Part shown: in pieces, positions 9,523-18,756 of the stretch
Position numbering within the stretch: position 1 is the first letter of the stretch
Layout: each line of letters opens with the position of its first letter
Position numbers and translations under genes: made by a program
The notes under the pieces: generated by a model
What the model was told of the DNA's origin: nothing
Seen by the model: only the letters and a program-made list of their open reading frames with translations
Databases searched by the model: none
Source of the DNA: Bacteroidota bacterium
Lineage (GTDB): Bacteria; Bacteroidota; Bacteroidia; Bacteroidales; NBLH01
Assembly: GCA_039714415.1 (NCBI GenBank)
Contig: JBDLJL010000005.1
Location: 1-59,924 of the forward strand
DNA: 59,924 bases
Direction: 5' to 3'

Positions 9523-11343
9523 TTATTCATTACCGACGTTTGAAGGTGTCCCAACATGACCTGAATCCTCAGTATAACCATACATCCTTTCAAGTTTAAT
9601 TTTATATTTTTCTTTAAGGAAGCGCCTTTTTACTTTTAAAGTAGGTGATAATTCACCTGTATCGGGTAACCATTCCTGACAAGTAATTTCAAACTTTTTA
9701 AGTTGCTCATGTCTTCCTAAACTCTCATTTAGTTCATCAACTTCCTGTTGGAATCGTTCAAGGACTTTTGGAATTTGAACTAAGTCTTTGTTATCACGGT
9801 ATTTGATATTATGTATGGAACACCAATCGTGTAAATATTCAAAAGCAGGGCATAGTATCGCAGCAGCATATTTCTCACCAGCACCAACAACCATTATTTG
9901 CTCAATAAAGTTCGATTCTTTAAATTTATTTTCAACTACCTGGGGTGCAACATATTTACCTGTAGAAAGTTTAAATATTTCTTTTTTTCTATCGGTTATT
10001 TGTAAAATATTGAGATCATGAATTTTTCCAATATCACCTGTATGAAACCACCCATTTTCATCAATAACTTCTTTTGTTCTTTCAGTATCTTTGTAATATC
10101 CCAACATCAGGTTTGGGCCTTTCATTAATATTTCACCATCTTCGGCTATTTTTACTTCTACGTTTTTAAGAATAGGCCCTACAGTTCCAAATCTTAACCC
10201 AGGGTATTTTGTTTCATTAACAGAAATAACCGGTGAAGTTTCTGTTAATCCATACCCTTCCTGAACAGGAATGCCGGCAGCATGAAAAACCCTTGCCAGC
10301 CTTGGTTGCAGGGCTGCTCCACCTGATATAAGTACTTTAATGTTTCCACCAAGCGCTTCACGCCATTTAGCAAATATTAATTTGTTGGCCAGGCCAAGTT
10401 GTTTTCCATAAAACCATCCGTTTGCGTTATTCGTTTCATATTTTAATCCAAGATCTACAGCCCAGAAAAACAGTGACTTTTTAATACCTGTTAACTCTTT
10501 CCCTTTTAAAATGATTTTATCATATAATTTTTCGATAACCCGAGGTACTGCCGTCATACCATGAGGTTTAACTTCTTTCAGGTTTTCACCAACTGTTTCA
10601 ATACTTTCTGCATAATAAATCGAGCAACCGTTATATTGAAATAAATAGTTAACCATACGCTCCAGAACATGGCAAAGCGGAAGAAAACTAAGAACTCTTT
10701 CATCCGATTTTAAAGGTAAGATATCCCTTGTTCCCATAACATTACTAATGAAATTGTTATGGCTGAGCATAACACCTTTTGGTAAGCCGGTAGTTCCTGA
10801 AGTGTAAATTATAGAGAATAAATCAGTTGGTTCAACCGAATCTTTAATTTTTTGTAATTCAGCTTCAAGTTTTTCTTTATTGTTTTTTCCTAATTCTAAG
10901 ATTTCTGACCAATTTGCTGCATCTTCTACTTCATTAAAAGTGTATAATTTTTCAATGGTAGGCGTTTCTTCAACCAGAGGCTTTAATTTTTCGTAAGCCT
11001 CATCTGATGAAACAATCATTATTTTTGCATCTGAATGCTTTAATATGTGGCGGTATTCATCAGGTCCAATATTTGGATATATTGGAACGTGCACTGCACC
11101 TATTTGTCCCATGCCCATATCAATAAAATTCCATTCTGGTCTGTTATTTGAAACAGTTGCTATTTTATCACCTTTCTTAAAGCCCAATGCCAGCAATCCA
11201 TAACTAAAATTGTCAACATTTTCTTTGTATTCAGTTGTGCTGAAATTGTCCCATTTTCCATTTCTTTTAACTGATAATGCAACGTCTTTGTTGTATTTTT
11301 CAACAAGTTGATCAACAATATCAAAGGTTCTTCTTATTTCCAT
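9523..11343 (-). CDS. Long-chain fatty acid-CoA ligase (AMP-forming)
   Basis: AMP-binding signature YTSGTTGLPKGVMLSH, GYGLTET, WFHTGDIG. 606 aa, typical of the long FadD/FACS type. Confidence 0.9.
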   Translation of the reverse strand: MEIRRTFDIVDQLVEKYNKDVALSVKRNGKWDNFSTTEYKENVDNFSYGLLALGFKKGDKIATVSNNRPEWNFIDMGMGQIGAVHVPIYPNIGPDEYRHILKHSDAKIMIVSSDEAYEKLKPLVEETPTIEKLYTFNEVEDAANWSEILELGKNNKEKLEAELQKIKDSVEPTDLFSIIYTSGTTGLPKGVMLSHNNFISNVMGTRDILPLKSDERVLSFLPLCHVLERMVNYLFQYNGCSIYYAESIETVGENLKEVKPHGMTAVPRVIEKLYDKIILKGKELTGIKKSLFFWAVDLGLKYETNNANGWFYGKQLGLANKLIFAKWREALGGNIKVLISGGAALQPRLARVFHAAGIPVQEGYGLTETSPVISVNETKYPGLRFGTVGPILKNVEVKIAEDGEILMKGPNLMLGYYKDTERTKEVIDENGWFHTGDIGKIHDLNILQITDRKKEIFKLSTGKYVAPQVVENKFKESNFIEQIMVVGAGEKYAAAILCPAFEYLHDWCSIHNIKYRDNKDLVQIPKVLERFQQEVDELNESLGRHEQLKKFEITCQEWLPDTGELSPTLKVKRRFLKEKYKIKLERMYGYTEDSGHVGTPSNVGNE

Positions 11344-11444
11344 AATATAAATTTAGTATTAGGTTATTGATAATTTACCAAATATAGGAAAAAAAAGATT
11401 GTAACAAAAATATACATATCAAAATATGTGAATGTGTTTGAGAG

Positions 11445-13139
11445 TTAGTTATTGTTCTTGGGATTACGGTTTCTGATTAGGTATATAACTAGTACAAAGC
11501 CAAAAATTGCAGAAAAGATAAAACTAATTAAACTTATCCAAGGAATACCAAAAAAGGAAGTCATTCTTGCAGGCGGGATATTAATCATTAGGGCACCGCT
11601 GATGAGTGAAGCTGCAAAAAGGAATGTTAAAACAAACTTGTTTGTGTTAATATCAATTCTTCTTAGGAAATTTTCAAGGCCATGAATTTCAATGTGAGAA
11701 TAAATCTTGCCACTTTTAATTTTTTTTAAGATAAATTTTAAATCAAGGGGAGAACTGTATAGTAGTGAAATGATATTTGAAAGTGTATATTGAAATTCGT
11801 AATTCAAATTTTTCGGTGAATATTGTTCCCTGAATAATTTAAAGCCATAAGGTCTTACTACTTCTACAATTTTCATATCAGGGTCAACGATCCTTCCTAT
11901 TCCTTCTAATATTGCCAATGTCCTAAAAAGAAGGAAAATAGTACCAGGGATGGACATTTTATAATCGAATACAATTTTTCGTAACCGACTTGTCAGCTCA
12001 TCTAAATTTCGATTTTCAAAATCGTAGGTAACAAATTCATCTACAAGTATTTCAAGGTCTCTTTCCAATAGACTTATATTCTGAATTTCTGAATTTACAG
12101 CCAGCCTTTGCATGTGGTTTGCCATTATTTTTGGTTGTTGATTGGCCATAGCAATAAAGAATGAAGAAAAATCATATTTTTCTCTATTTGTTAATTTCCC
12201 AACCATTCCAAAATCGATGAGGCTAATTTTACCATCCGGGCGCACCAAAATATTTCCAGGGTGTGGATCAGCATGGAAGAAACCATACTCAAATATTTGG
12301 CTGAAATATACTTCCAGACCTGTTTTGATGAGTTTTGTTGCGTCTATACCCCAGGCTTTTATTTGTTCAATGTCTGTTATTTTGCATCCACTAATAAATT
12401 CGGTTATCAGTATTTTAGAAGTTGAATACTTCTTATATAAAACCGGGATATGAATTCTTTTTTCGTTTTTAGAAATTTGTTTAAAATGTTGAATGTTTCT
12501 TGCTTCAATTTTATAATCCAGTTCATTAAGCAATGTTTTTTCAAAAACTTCAACAATTTCTTTTGGATTCAGGATACCTAAATTTTTAAAATAGTTTTCG
12601 GTAAACCTTATAAAATCCTTAAGGAGGGCAATATCAGTAGTTACTTTAGCGTATGCATCAGGTCTTTGTACTTTTACAACAACATCAATACCATTTTTTA
12701 ACCTTGCACGATATGCCTGGCCAATTGATGCTGAGCCAATAGTTTTTGTGTCGAAATAGGTGAAAATTTCATTTATGGTTTTGCCTGTTTCCTCTTCAAC
12801 TATTTTTTTTGCTTGTTCCAAATCAAAAGGTGGAACCTGGCTTTGCAATTTTGAAAACTCATGAATCAGTTGTTCAGGTAGTATATCCGGCCTGTTACTT
12901 AAAAGCTGGGCTAATTTTATGAATGATGGTCCAAGTTCCTCAATTACCATTCGGATTCTTTCCCAGCGAGTATACTCAAAAACTGATTTATCTTGTCTTT
13001 TCCAGGAAATTTGCCGTTTTGTTGAAACAAACCTTTTTAAGCCGGTATTTGAAATAATATCCTCGAAACTGTATTTCAAAAGAATATTAATTACCTGGCT
13101 TAGGCGTGTGATATTTTTTACTGTCTGAGTAATTTGCAT
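11445..13139 (-). CDS. ABC1/UbiB-family atypical kinase with C-terminal TM helices
   Basis: ASIGQAYRARL, HADPHPGNILV, IDFGMVG. Two C-terminal hydrophobic helices. Confidence 0.85.
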   Translation of the reverse strand: MQITQTVKNITRLSQVINILLKYSFEDIISNTGLKRFVSTKRQISWKRQDKSVFEYTRWERIRMVIEELGPSFIKLAQLLSNRPDILPEQLIHEFSKLQSQVPPFDLEQAKKIVEEETGKTINEIFTYFDTKTIGSASIGQAYRARLKNGIDVVVKVQRPDAYAKVTTDIALLKDFIRFTENYFKNLGILNPKEIVEVFEKTLLNELDYKIEARNIQHFKQISKNEKRIHIPVLYKKYSTSKILITEFISGCKITDIEQIKAWGIDATKLIKTGLEVYFSQIFEYGFFHADPHPGNILVRPDGKISLIDFGMVGKLTNREKYDFSSFFIAMANQQPKIMANHMQRLAVNSEIQNISLLERDLEILVDEFVTYDFENRNLDELTSRLRKIVFDYKMSIPGTIFLLFRTLAILEGIGRIVDPDMKIVEVVRPYGFKLFREQYSPKNLNYEFQYTLSNIISLLYSSPLDLKFILKKIKSGKIYSHIEIHGLENFLRRIDINTNKFVLTFLFAASLISGALMINIPPARMTSFFGIPWISLISFIFSAIFGFVLVIYLIRNRNPKNNN

Positions 13140-13442
13140 TATAGTGGTGCAAGCTAAAGGGTCTTAATATCTTATTTTGATTAACTAATTGTTTTTAATT
13201 TAGCTATAATTATAGAGTGAATAAAGATAGGATATTTAAAGATAAAGCACAAAATATCAGTGTTTGAAAGAACAAACTTTCAAACACCTTTACATCTACT
13301 GCCTGTAATACCCAAACGATAATTAATTATACCATACTGTTGTAACAACTTGTTTTTCAATGTTTTAGTTTGGTATTTTCAGTCTCCGGTTCTCAGCCGG
13401 TAGAGACTATCCATTGTTTGATGACTACCTACTGCCAGCTTG

Positions 13443-13823
13443 TTATTTCTTGGTTGTTTTTTTTGTTGTTTTTGGCTTTGCTGCTGTTTTGAGTTTTGTT
13501 GTTGTTGCCGTTTTTTGTGTAGTTTCTTTTTTTGCTACAATGGCCTCAAGTTCAGCGATTTTTTTCTCTAATGATTCAACTTCGGCTGTTGTGGCAAAAC
13601 TAAATGATTTAATAATTTTATCTACTACACTTCCAAATTGGGTTTCAATTTCATCCTTTTTGGTTTCCGTATTTTTTAGAAAATCATCAACAATTTTTTT
13701 TCCTTCTGGTTCTGAAATCTTACCATCGCTAATAAAACCATCAATTGTTTTTTTAAACCTTTCAGTTGTTACTGATATCCAACCAACCCCTGTGTAAATA
13801 AATTTTTTAAAAAAGTCTTCCAT
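13443..13823 (-). CDS. Phasin-like (COG3937-type) protein with a K/T-rich tail
   Basis: N-terminal FKKFIYTGVGWISVTTERFKKTIDGFISDGKISEPEGKKIVDDF matches the phasin-like pattern. It is a paralog of the next gene. Confidence 0.6.
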   Translation of the reverse strand: MEDFFKKFIYTGVGWISVTTERFKKTIDGFISDGKISEPEGKKIVDDFLKNTETKKDEIETQFGSVVDKIIKSFSFATTAEVESLEKKIAELEAIVAKKETTQKTATTTKLKTAAKPKTTKKTTKK

Positions 13824-13854
13824 AATATATGATTTAAATGATTAAAATAATCTA

Positions 13855-14166
13855 TTATTTTTCATTTTTTAGAAGTTGTTCAAGAACTTTCACCCTATTG
13901 GTAAGTTCTTCAATACTTGAAGAATTAGCAAATTTGAATTTTGAAACGGCTTTGTCAACTACTTTCTTCAGTTGATCTTCTAATTCATTTTTCTTCGATT
14001 CCGTATTCTTAAAGAAATCTGTTACTATTTTTTCCCCGTCCTTATCGGTAATTTTGTCTTCTTTAATTAATTCATCAATTGTCTTTTGCAATCTGTCTTT
14101 TGTTAAAGAGACTAAGCCAACCCCGGTGTAAACAAATTTTTTGAATAATTCTTCAAGGTTTTCCAT
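13855..14166 (-). CDS. Phasin-like (COG3937-type) protein
   Basis: FKKFVYTGVGLVSLTKDRLQKTIDELIKEDKITDKDGEKIVTDF. This is a clear paralog of 13443-13823. Confidence 0.6.
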   Translation of the reverse strand: MENLEELFKKFVYTGVGLVSLTKDRLQKTIDELIKEDKITDKDGEKIVTDFFKNTESKKNELEDQLKKVVDKAVSKFKFANSSSIEELTNRVKVLEQLLKNEK

Positions 14167-14300
14167 AATTTCAAGTTTTTATGTTAATATTAATTTATTA
14201 TGCAAACATAACATTTTTAAGGCAAATTGTCAACAAATCGCTTGTGTTCTAGAGCATTTCTATTAAAAAAAATAATTAAATTTACGTAAAAAGCTAAAAT

Positions 14301-15290
14301 TTAATTTAACTTGCCAGGTTTTGAATCAAGGGCTAAACGTATAAATTCACTAATTTTATCAAGTGCTTCACCTGCTTCAGGGATAACTCTTTGAAATATT
14401 TGCCACCAGTGAATTAACCCTTCCCAGCTTTGAAAGGTAATATCAACGTCTGCTTCTTTAGCTTTTTTGGCTAAACGCATAGCATCACTATATAACATTT
14501 CTGCATCACTTGTCTGAACCAGAATAGGTGGTAAGCCAGACAAATCTCCATACAATGGCGAAATATAAGGGTTTTTAAAGTCAAAAGCGCCAGCATACAT
14601 TTTTGCCCATTCGTTCATTTTTTTTATATCGACTAAAGGGTCTTCATGTTGATTATTGATAATTGATTCGCCTGAATTAGTCAAATCGACCCAGGGTGAT
14701 ATGCCAATTGCACCCGCAGGCATTGGAAGTCCTTCTTCTTTAATTTTTAGAAGTGTAGCAAATACTAAACCTCCACCAGCAGAATCTCCTGCAAAAATAA
14801 TATGCTCCGGTAGTTTTCCCCGTTCATATATTAAACGTTTATAACTTGCAATGGAATCTTCCAATGCTGCAGGGAAAGAATGTTCCGGGGCCTTACGATA
14901 TTCTATTAAAAGGGCAATAATTCCTGACTTTTTTGCTATTTTCCCTACGAGTGAGCGATGAGAATGTGAAGAACCAATAGTATATCCACCACCATGAAAA
15001 TAGAGCATTACTTTTTTTCTGTCAGAAGTGGTAGGTATAATTACTTCGCCATAAATTTTATTATCTACCATTACTTTCTTTATGTGCACTCCCCATGGTA
15101 ATAAGTAAAAAAAAGTGCCTAACTCTACAAGGTGCCTCATGTGATGCAGATGAGGTAAATTATTACTGTCCTTTAATGAATTAGCAGCAATATTTAACAT
15201 CTTTTTTATAGCTTCATGTTTTTTTGATGGCATTTTACAGTTAGTTTCAGAGACCACAAAAATCAACAATGTAAAAAAAAACGTAAGCAT
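14301..15290 (-). CDS. Alpha/beta hydrolase, hormone-sensitive-lipase (family IV) type esterase/lipase
   Basis: HGGGY oxyanion motif, GDSAGG nucleophile elbow, N-terminal signal or anchor. Confidence 0.85.
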   Translation of the reverse strand: MLTFFFTLLIFVVSETNCKMPSKKHEAIKKMLNIAANSLKDSNNLPHLHHMRHLVELGTFFYLLPWGVHIKKVMVDNKIYGEVIIPTTSDRKKVMLYFHGGGYTIGSSHSHRSLVGKIAKKSGIIALLIEYRKAPEHSFPAALEDSIASYKRLIYERGKLPEHIIFAGDSAGGGLVFATLLKIKEEGLPMPAGAIGISPWVDLTNSGESIINNQHEDPLVDIKKMNEWAKMYAGAFDFKNPYISPLYGDLSGLPPILVQTSDAEMLYSDAMRLAKKAKEADVDITFQSWEGLIHWWQIFQRVIPEAGEALDKISEFIRLALDSKPGKLN

Positions 15291-15462
15291 ATAGAAGTTT
15301 ACTTACTTCTCATTATTTTCTATAGTTCTATCATGCATTTGTGATTCTTTTTTAAGACACTCATAAGTTAATTTACAGTTTACAACTTATGTTCTGTGTT
15401 AATTTATCAGCTATAAAAATACAAAAATAAAGACATAAAAATAAATTAAAGTGTCGCTTTAT

Positions 15463-16653
15463 TTAATATATAGCTTTTGTTTTACGTATTGTATTTTGTC
15501 TATATCCTTTTACTGCAATTGGAATCCAACCAAGAATGGGTATAAAATAGGCAAATGTAATAGGGTTTTTAATCATTAGCCAGATAATTTTAAAAAAGCC
15601 TGTTTTTTGTCTATAGGTTTTGTTGCCTTTTTCAATAAATTCGTTATGAAAATCAATAAATAAAATTGACCAGCTTGTCGGTAAAAATTTGTGTATTTTT
15701 CGAAAATTTTTAAAGAAGGTTTTAAAAAAATCTTTCCAGTTAAAGGGATGTTTACCATAAACTTCCACTGCCTTATTTAAATCTTCCTGCATATAATCTC
15801 TTATTTTTGCTGCAAGGGTTTTAAATTCATCTTGGCTTATTTCATCGTATGGTTTGTCAATCATTTCATAAGGTTTATATCTTTTACCCAGAACAAATCT
15901 GAGTTTTGCAGGAAAACCAAAATAAAAAAGCCATGGTTGTATCAAAATGAAAGGTGTTATTATGCCAATTGGTAAAAAAGGGATGCCAATTTTATTTACC
16001 AGACGATTAACAAAAAGTGAACTGTAAGCATAAGGATTAATATATTCACCGTTTACTGTTGATATGCCTACAATATCAGTTTTATATTTTACGCTCATCC
16101 TTATAAATGAGGTTTTAAATTCCTGCAATTGATACTTTTTATTAAATCCTTTGCCAATGCCCGGAACGCCTTCAGGGTACATAAGAAGGTTCTGATCGTT
16201 ATAATACATCATTGCTTCAAAATTCTTGAAAGTAGCATCAATTCCACCTGCTCTTTTCCACATTTTATCTAATGTAAATGGGTTCATTAATGCCGATGTT
16301 GATAACATGGGTGATGCAAGGGCTCTGATGGCGCTGTTGTTAAAATTAAAGTGTTTATTTATTTCATAGCCCAGTACAATTGCATCCCATGGAAATGCCA
16401 TACCAGAGTGGTTACAGATAAATACAAGTGGTCGGTCAGGATTATTCCTTTCTGGATAATTCTCAAAACCAATAAATTCTGATCGAAACCAATACTCACT
16501 TATTGGTTTTAAGCAATAAAATAATCCTCGGGTGTATTCTTCGTCAAAATATTCATAATAAATATGTTGTAATTCCTTAATTTCTTCTGTTGGTTCTTTT
16601 AAATAATTATCTGATGCTTCTTTTAAATGAGGCGAAGTCTGGGAGTTTTTCAT
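15463..16653 (-). CDS. Putative lysophospholipid/glycerolipid acyltransferase-like membrane protein
   Basis: CNHSGMAFPWD and YPEGVPG blocks resemble acyltransferase motifs I and III. The C-terminus is hydrophobic. The assignment is tentative. Confidence 0.5.
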   Translation of the reverse strand: MKNSQTSPHLKEASDNYLKEPTEEIKELQHIYYEYFDEEYTRGLFYCLKPISEYWFRSEFIGFENYPERNNPDRPLVFICNHSGMAFPWDAIVLGYEINKHFNFNNSAIRALASPMLSTSALMNPFTLDKMWKRAGGIDATFKNFEAMMYYNDQNLLMYPEGVPGIGKGFNKKYQLQEFKTSFIRMSVKYKTDIVGISTVNGEYINPYAYSSLFVNRLVNKIGIPFLPIGIITPFILIQPWLFYFGFPAKLRFVLGKRYKPYEMIDKPYDEISQDEFKTLAAKIRDYMQEDLNKAVEVYGKHPFNWKDFFKTFFKNFRKIHKFLPTSWSILFIDFHNEFIEKGNKTYRQKTGFFKIIWLMIKNPITFAYFIPILGWIPIAVKGYRQNTIRKTKAIY

Positions 16654-16725
16654 TATTAAATGTTAAAATTGGATTGAAAAAGCTTTATTATCTACAAATA
16701 TAGTAAAAATACCCAACAATGTTTT

Positions 16726-16753
16726 ATAACATGTTAAGTTTGATAACATGTTA
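16726..16753. promoter_or_regulatory. Two copies of ATAACATGTTA (palindromic core TAACATGTTA) 17 bp apart; candidate operator
   Basis: Exact 11-mer at 16726-16736 and 16743-16753, in the spacer upstream of the 15463-16653 gene. Confidence 0.35.
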
Positions 16754-16980
16754 TAAAATTAAAATGAATGGAAATAGTATTTGAACGAAAACCCTGTAGT
16801 ACTATTTCTATAAGAATTTTTGATACTATTCCTGTTTTGAATATTACGTCATTTAATAGTCATTGTCAGAAAATTTTGACATTCTGACTTCTCGTAGTCT
16901 GTAATGTTACAATTTTATATTTTTAGATAGATTTATCTAATAGTTTTTGCTTTTTATTTGGTCTAACTTGGTTATCAGGA

Positions 16981-17601
16981 TTAAAAGGATTTTCCGTCAA
17001 ATGTTTTTCTGTTAATTATTGACCTACCCAGTGTTATTTCATCTGTATACTCAAGTTCATCACCAAAGGCTATACCCCGGGCAATAATACTAAGTTTAAG
17101 ATCAAATTTATTCAGTCTTTTGTATAGGAAAAAGTTTGTTGTATCACCTTCCATTGTTGGGCTTAGGGCAAGAATTATTTCATTTATATTATCTTTTTGT
17201 ATTCGGTTTTCCAAACTTTCAATGTTTAAATCCGAAGGACCAATACCTTCCATTGGTGAAAGTATACCCCCCAGGATATGATATTTGCCGTTAAACTGTT
17301 GAGTATTTTCAATAGCAACAATATCTTTAATGTTTTCAACAACACATATTATTGAACTATTCCTTGATTTATTATCACAAATGGAACATACTTCGGTATC
17401 TGAAATATTATGGCAAATACGGCAATGTTTTATTTTTGTAGAGAGTGAAATTATAGAGTTACCAAATTGTGAAATACTGTCGGGGTTTTGTTTGAGGATG
17501 TGCAAAACTAACCTAATAGCAGTTCTTTTGCCAATTCCTGGTAAGCTTGAAAATTCGCTTACTGCCTCGTCAAATACTTTAGATGATTGACCTTTTAGCA
17601 T
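16981..17601 (-). CDS. recR: Recombination protein RecR
   Basis: Hh[14 protein letters not shown]4 zinc finger [16 protein letters not shown], Toprim domain. Confidence 0.95.
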   Translation of the reverse strand: MLKGQSSKVFDEAVSEFSSLPGIGKRTAIRLVLHILKQNPDSISQFGNSIISLSTKIKHCRICHNISDTEVCSICDNKSRNSSIICVVENIKDIVAIENTQQFNGKYHILGGILSPMEGIGPSDLNIESLENRIQKDNINEIILALSPTMEGDTTNFFLYKRLNKFDLKLSIIARGIAFGDELEYTDEITLGRSIINRKTFDGKSF

Positions 17602-17660
17602 GTGAAATATTCTAATTAATGATGTGGTAAAATTAAGGATATTTTCGCTAGAGTCATAAC

Positions 17661-17695
17661 AAAAATGACAGTACTACACTATTTGAAGTACTGTC
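17661..17695 (-). terminator. Intrinsic terminator of the repeat-protein gene
   Basis: 9-bp stem GACAGTACT/AGTACTGTC (17667-17695), followed on the minus strand by ATTTTT. Confidence 0.5.
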
Positions 17696-17796
17696 AATAT
17701 TCGAACTCATTATGTTCATTTGTAATGGGAATACTATAAACTCGAGATTTTTTTTGTTTATAATGTCATAACATTAATTAGTTTCTTTTAAATGTG

Positions 17797-18354
17797 TTAT
17801 AGTATGTTATAACTAATTTGCCAATAATCTGTTGCTAACATCCATGATTCAATTTTAAGCTGGTTTTCCAGATCATTTTGTACAGATACACTTTTTTGCC
17901 AAAGGTTTGAATTCATCATCCAATTTTCAATTTCAAGCTCATTTTCAGATAAATCATTATCCCATAAATCTGTGTTTAGCATCCAGCCCTCAATTTTCAA
18001 CTCAGCTTCATCATCATCTTTTATTGTATTATTCCACAAATTTGAATTCATCATCCAATCTTCAATTTCAGCTTCATCTTGAATTTGGTCTTTTACCCAA
18101 AGGTTTATATCGAACATCCAATTTTCAATTTTAACCGAAGGTTCAGTTTCAATTGCTATGTATTCACTATTTAAATTATAAGCAACAAAAATGTAATTTT
18201 GAATACTGGTCGATTTTGTGGTGTTGCAGTCTTTTATTACCTGACTAAGATCTTTTTCCTGCCCCATTACCATGCTTAATGATAAAAATACAGCAATAAT
18301 TAGTAGTGTAATTCTGCTGTAATCTGACTTTCTGTTTATAGTAATTGTCTTCAT
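17797..18354 (-). CDS. Secreted/anchored protein with five [KE]IExWMxxxxW repeats
   Basis: N-terminal signal/anchor (ITLLIIAVFLSLSMVMG). Repeats: KIENWMFDINLW, EIEDWMMNSNLW, KIEGWMLNTDLW, EIENWMMNSNLW, KIESWMLATDYW, separated by acidic linkers. Confidence 0.7.
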   Translation of the reverse strand: MKTITINRKSDYSRITLLIIAVFLSLSMVMGQEKDLSQVIKDCNTTKSTSIQNYIFVAYNLNSEYIAIETEPSVKIENWMFDINLWVKDQIQDEAEIEDWMMNSNLWNNTIKDDDEAELKIEGWMLNTDLWDNDLSENELEIENWMMNSNLWQKSVSVQNDLENQLKIESWMLATDYWQISYNIL

Positions 18355-18756
18355 AGCTCTATAGTTTATTTTTTTAATTTTATTCCTTCACAATAATCTA
18401 ATCATGATTTGTGCCAGAAGTTGTAAGTAGCAAATAAACAGCTTGTTAAAATGGTTTTGTTTCTTGTTGTTCATTTGTTTTTTGAACGATTTTGCAACAT
18501 CGAGTGTTCGATAACGGACAAGTTTTTTTATTGGGTTGAGCAGGTGCCAGTGTCAGGTGGGCTTTAAGTTTCGGGTAAGCTAAACTTATGTGAACCTGTC
18601 AGACCGCTCGAAATATTATAATTGACTTAACACTTGATGTAAGTAGTGGTTTGAGTTAGCTATAATTTTTAGTTCAATAGTTATTACTCATTAGTTTGAT
18701 TGGCAGTTTGATCCCTAATTATTAATTTCCAGTTACTAATTTCTAATAACCAATTA

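Noticed and set aside
13414-13797. 127-aa plus-strand ORF antisense to the phasin-like gene
   Set aside because: It is a mirror image of the K/T-rich coding strand, giving a low-complexity V/F-rich product. The minus-strand gene has a clear paralog and a family-like N-terminus.
18538-18609. Possible SRP (4.5S), 6S or RNase P-type RNA in the G+C-rich hairpin
   Set aside because: None of the conserved cores that I know is present, for example the SRP domain IV GGAA/AGCA loops or the RNase P GAGGAAAGUCC box.
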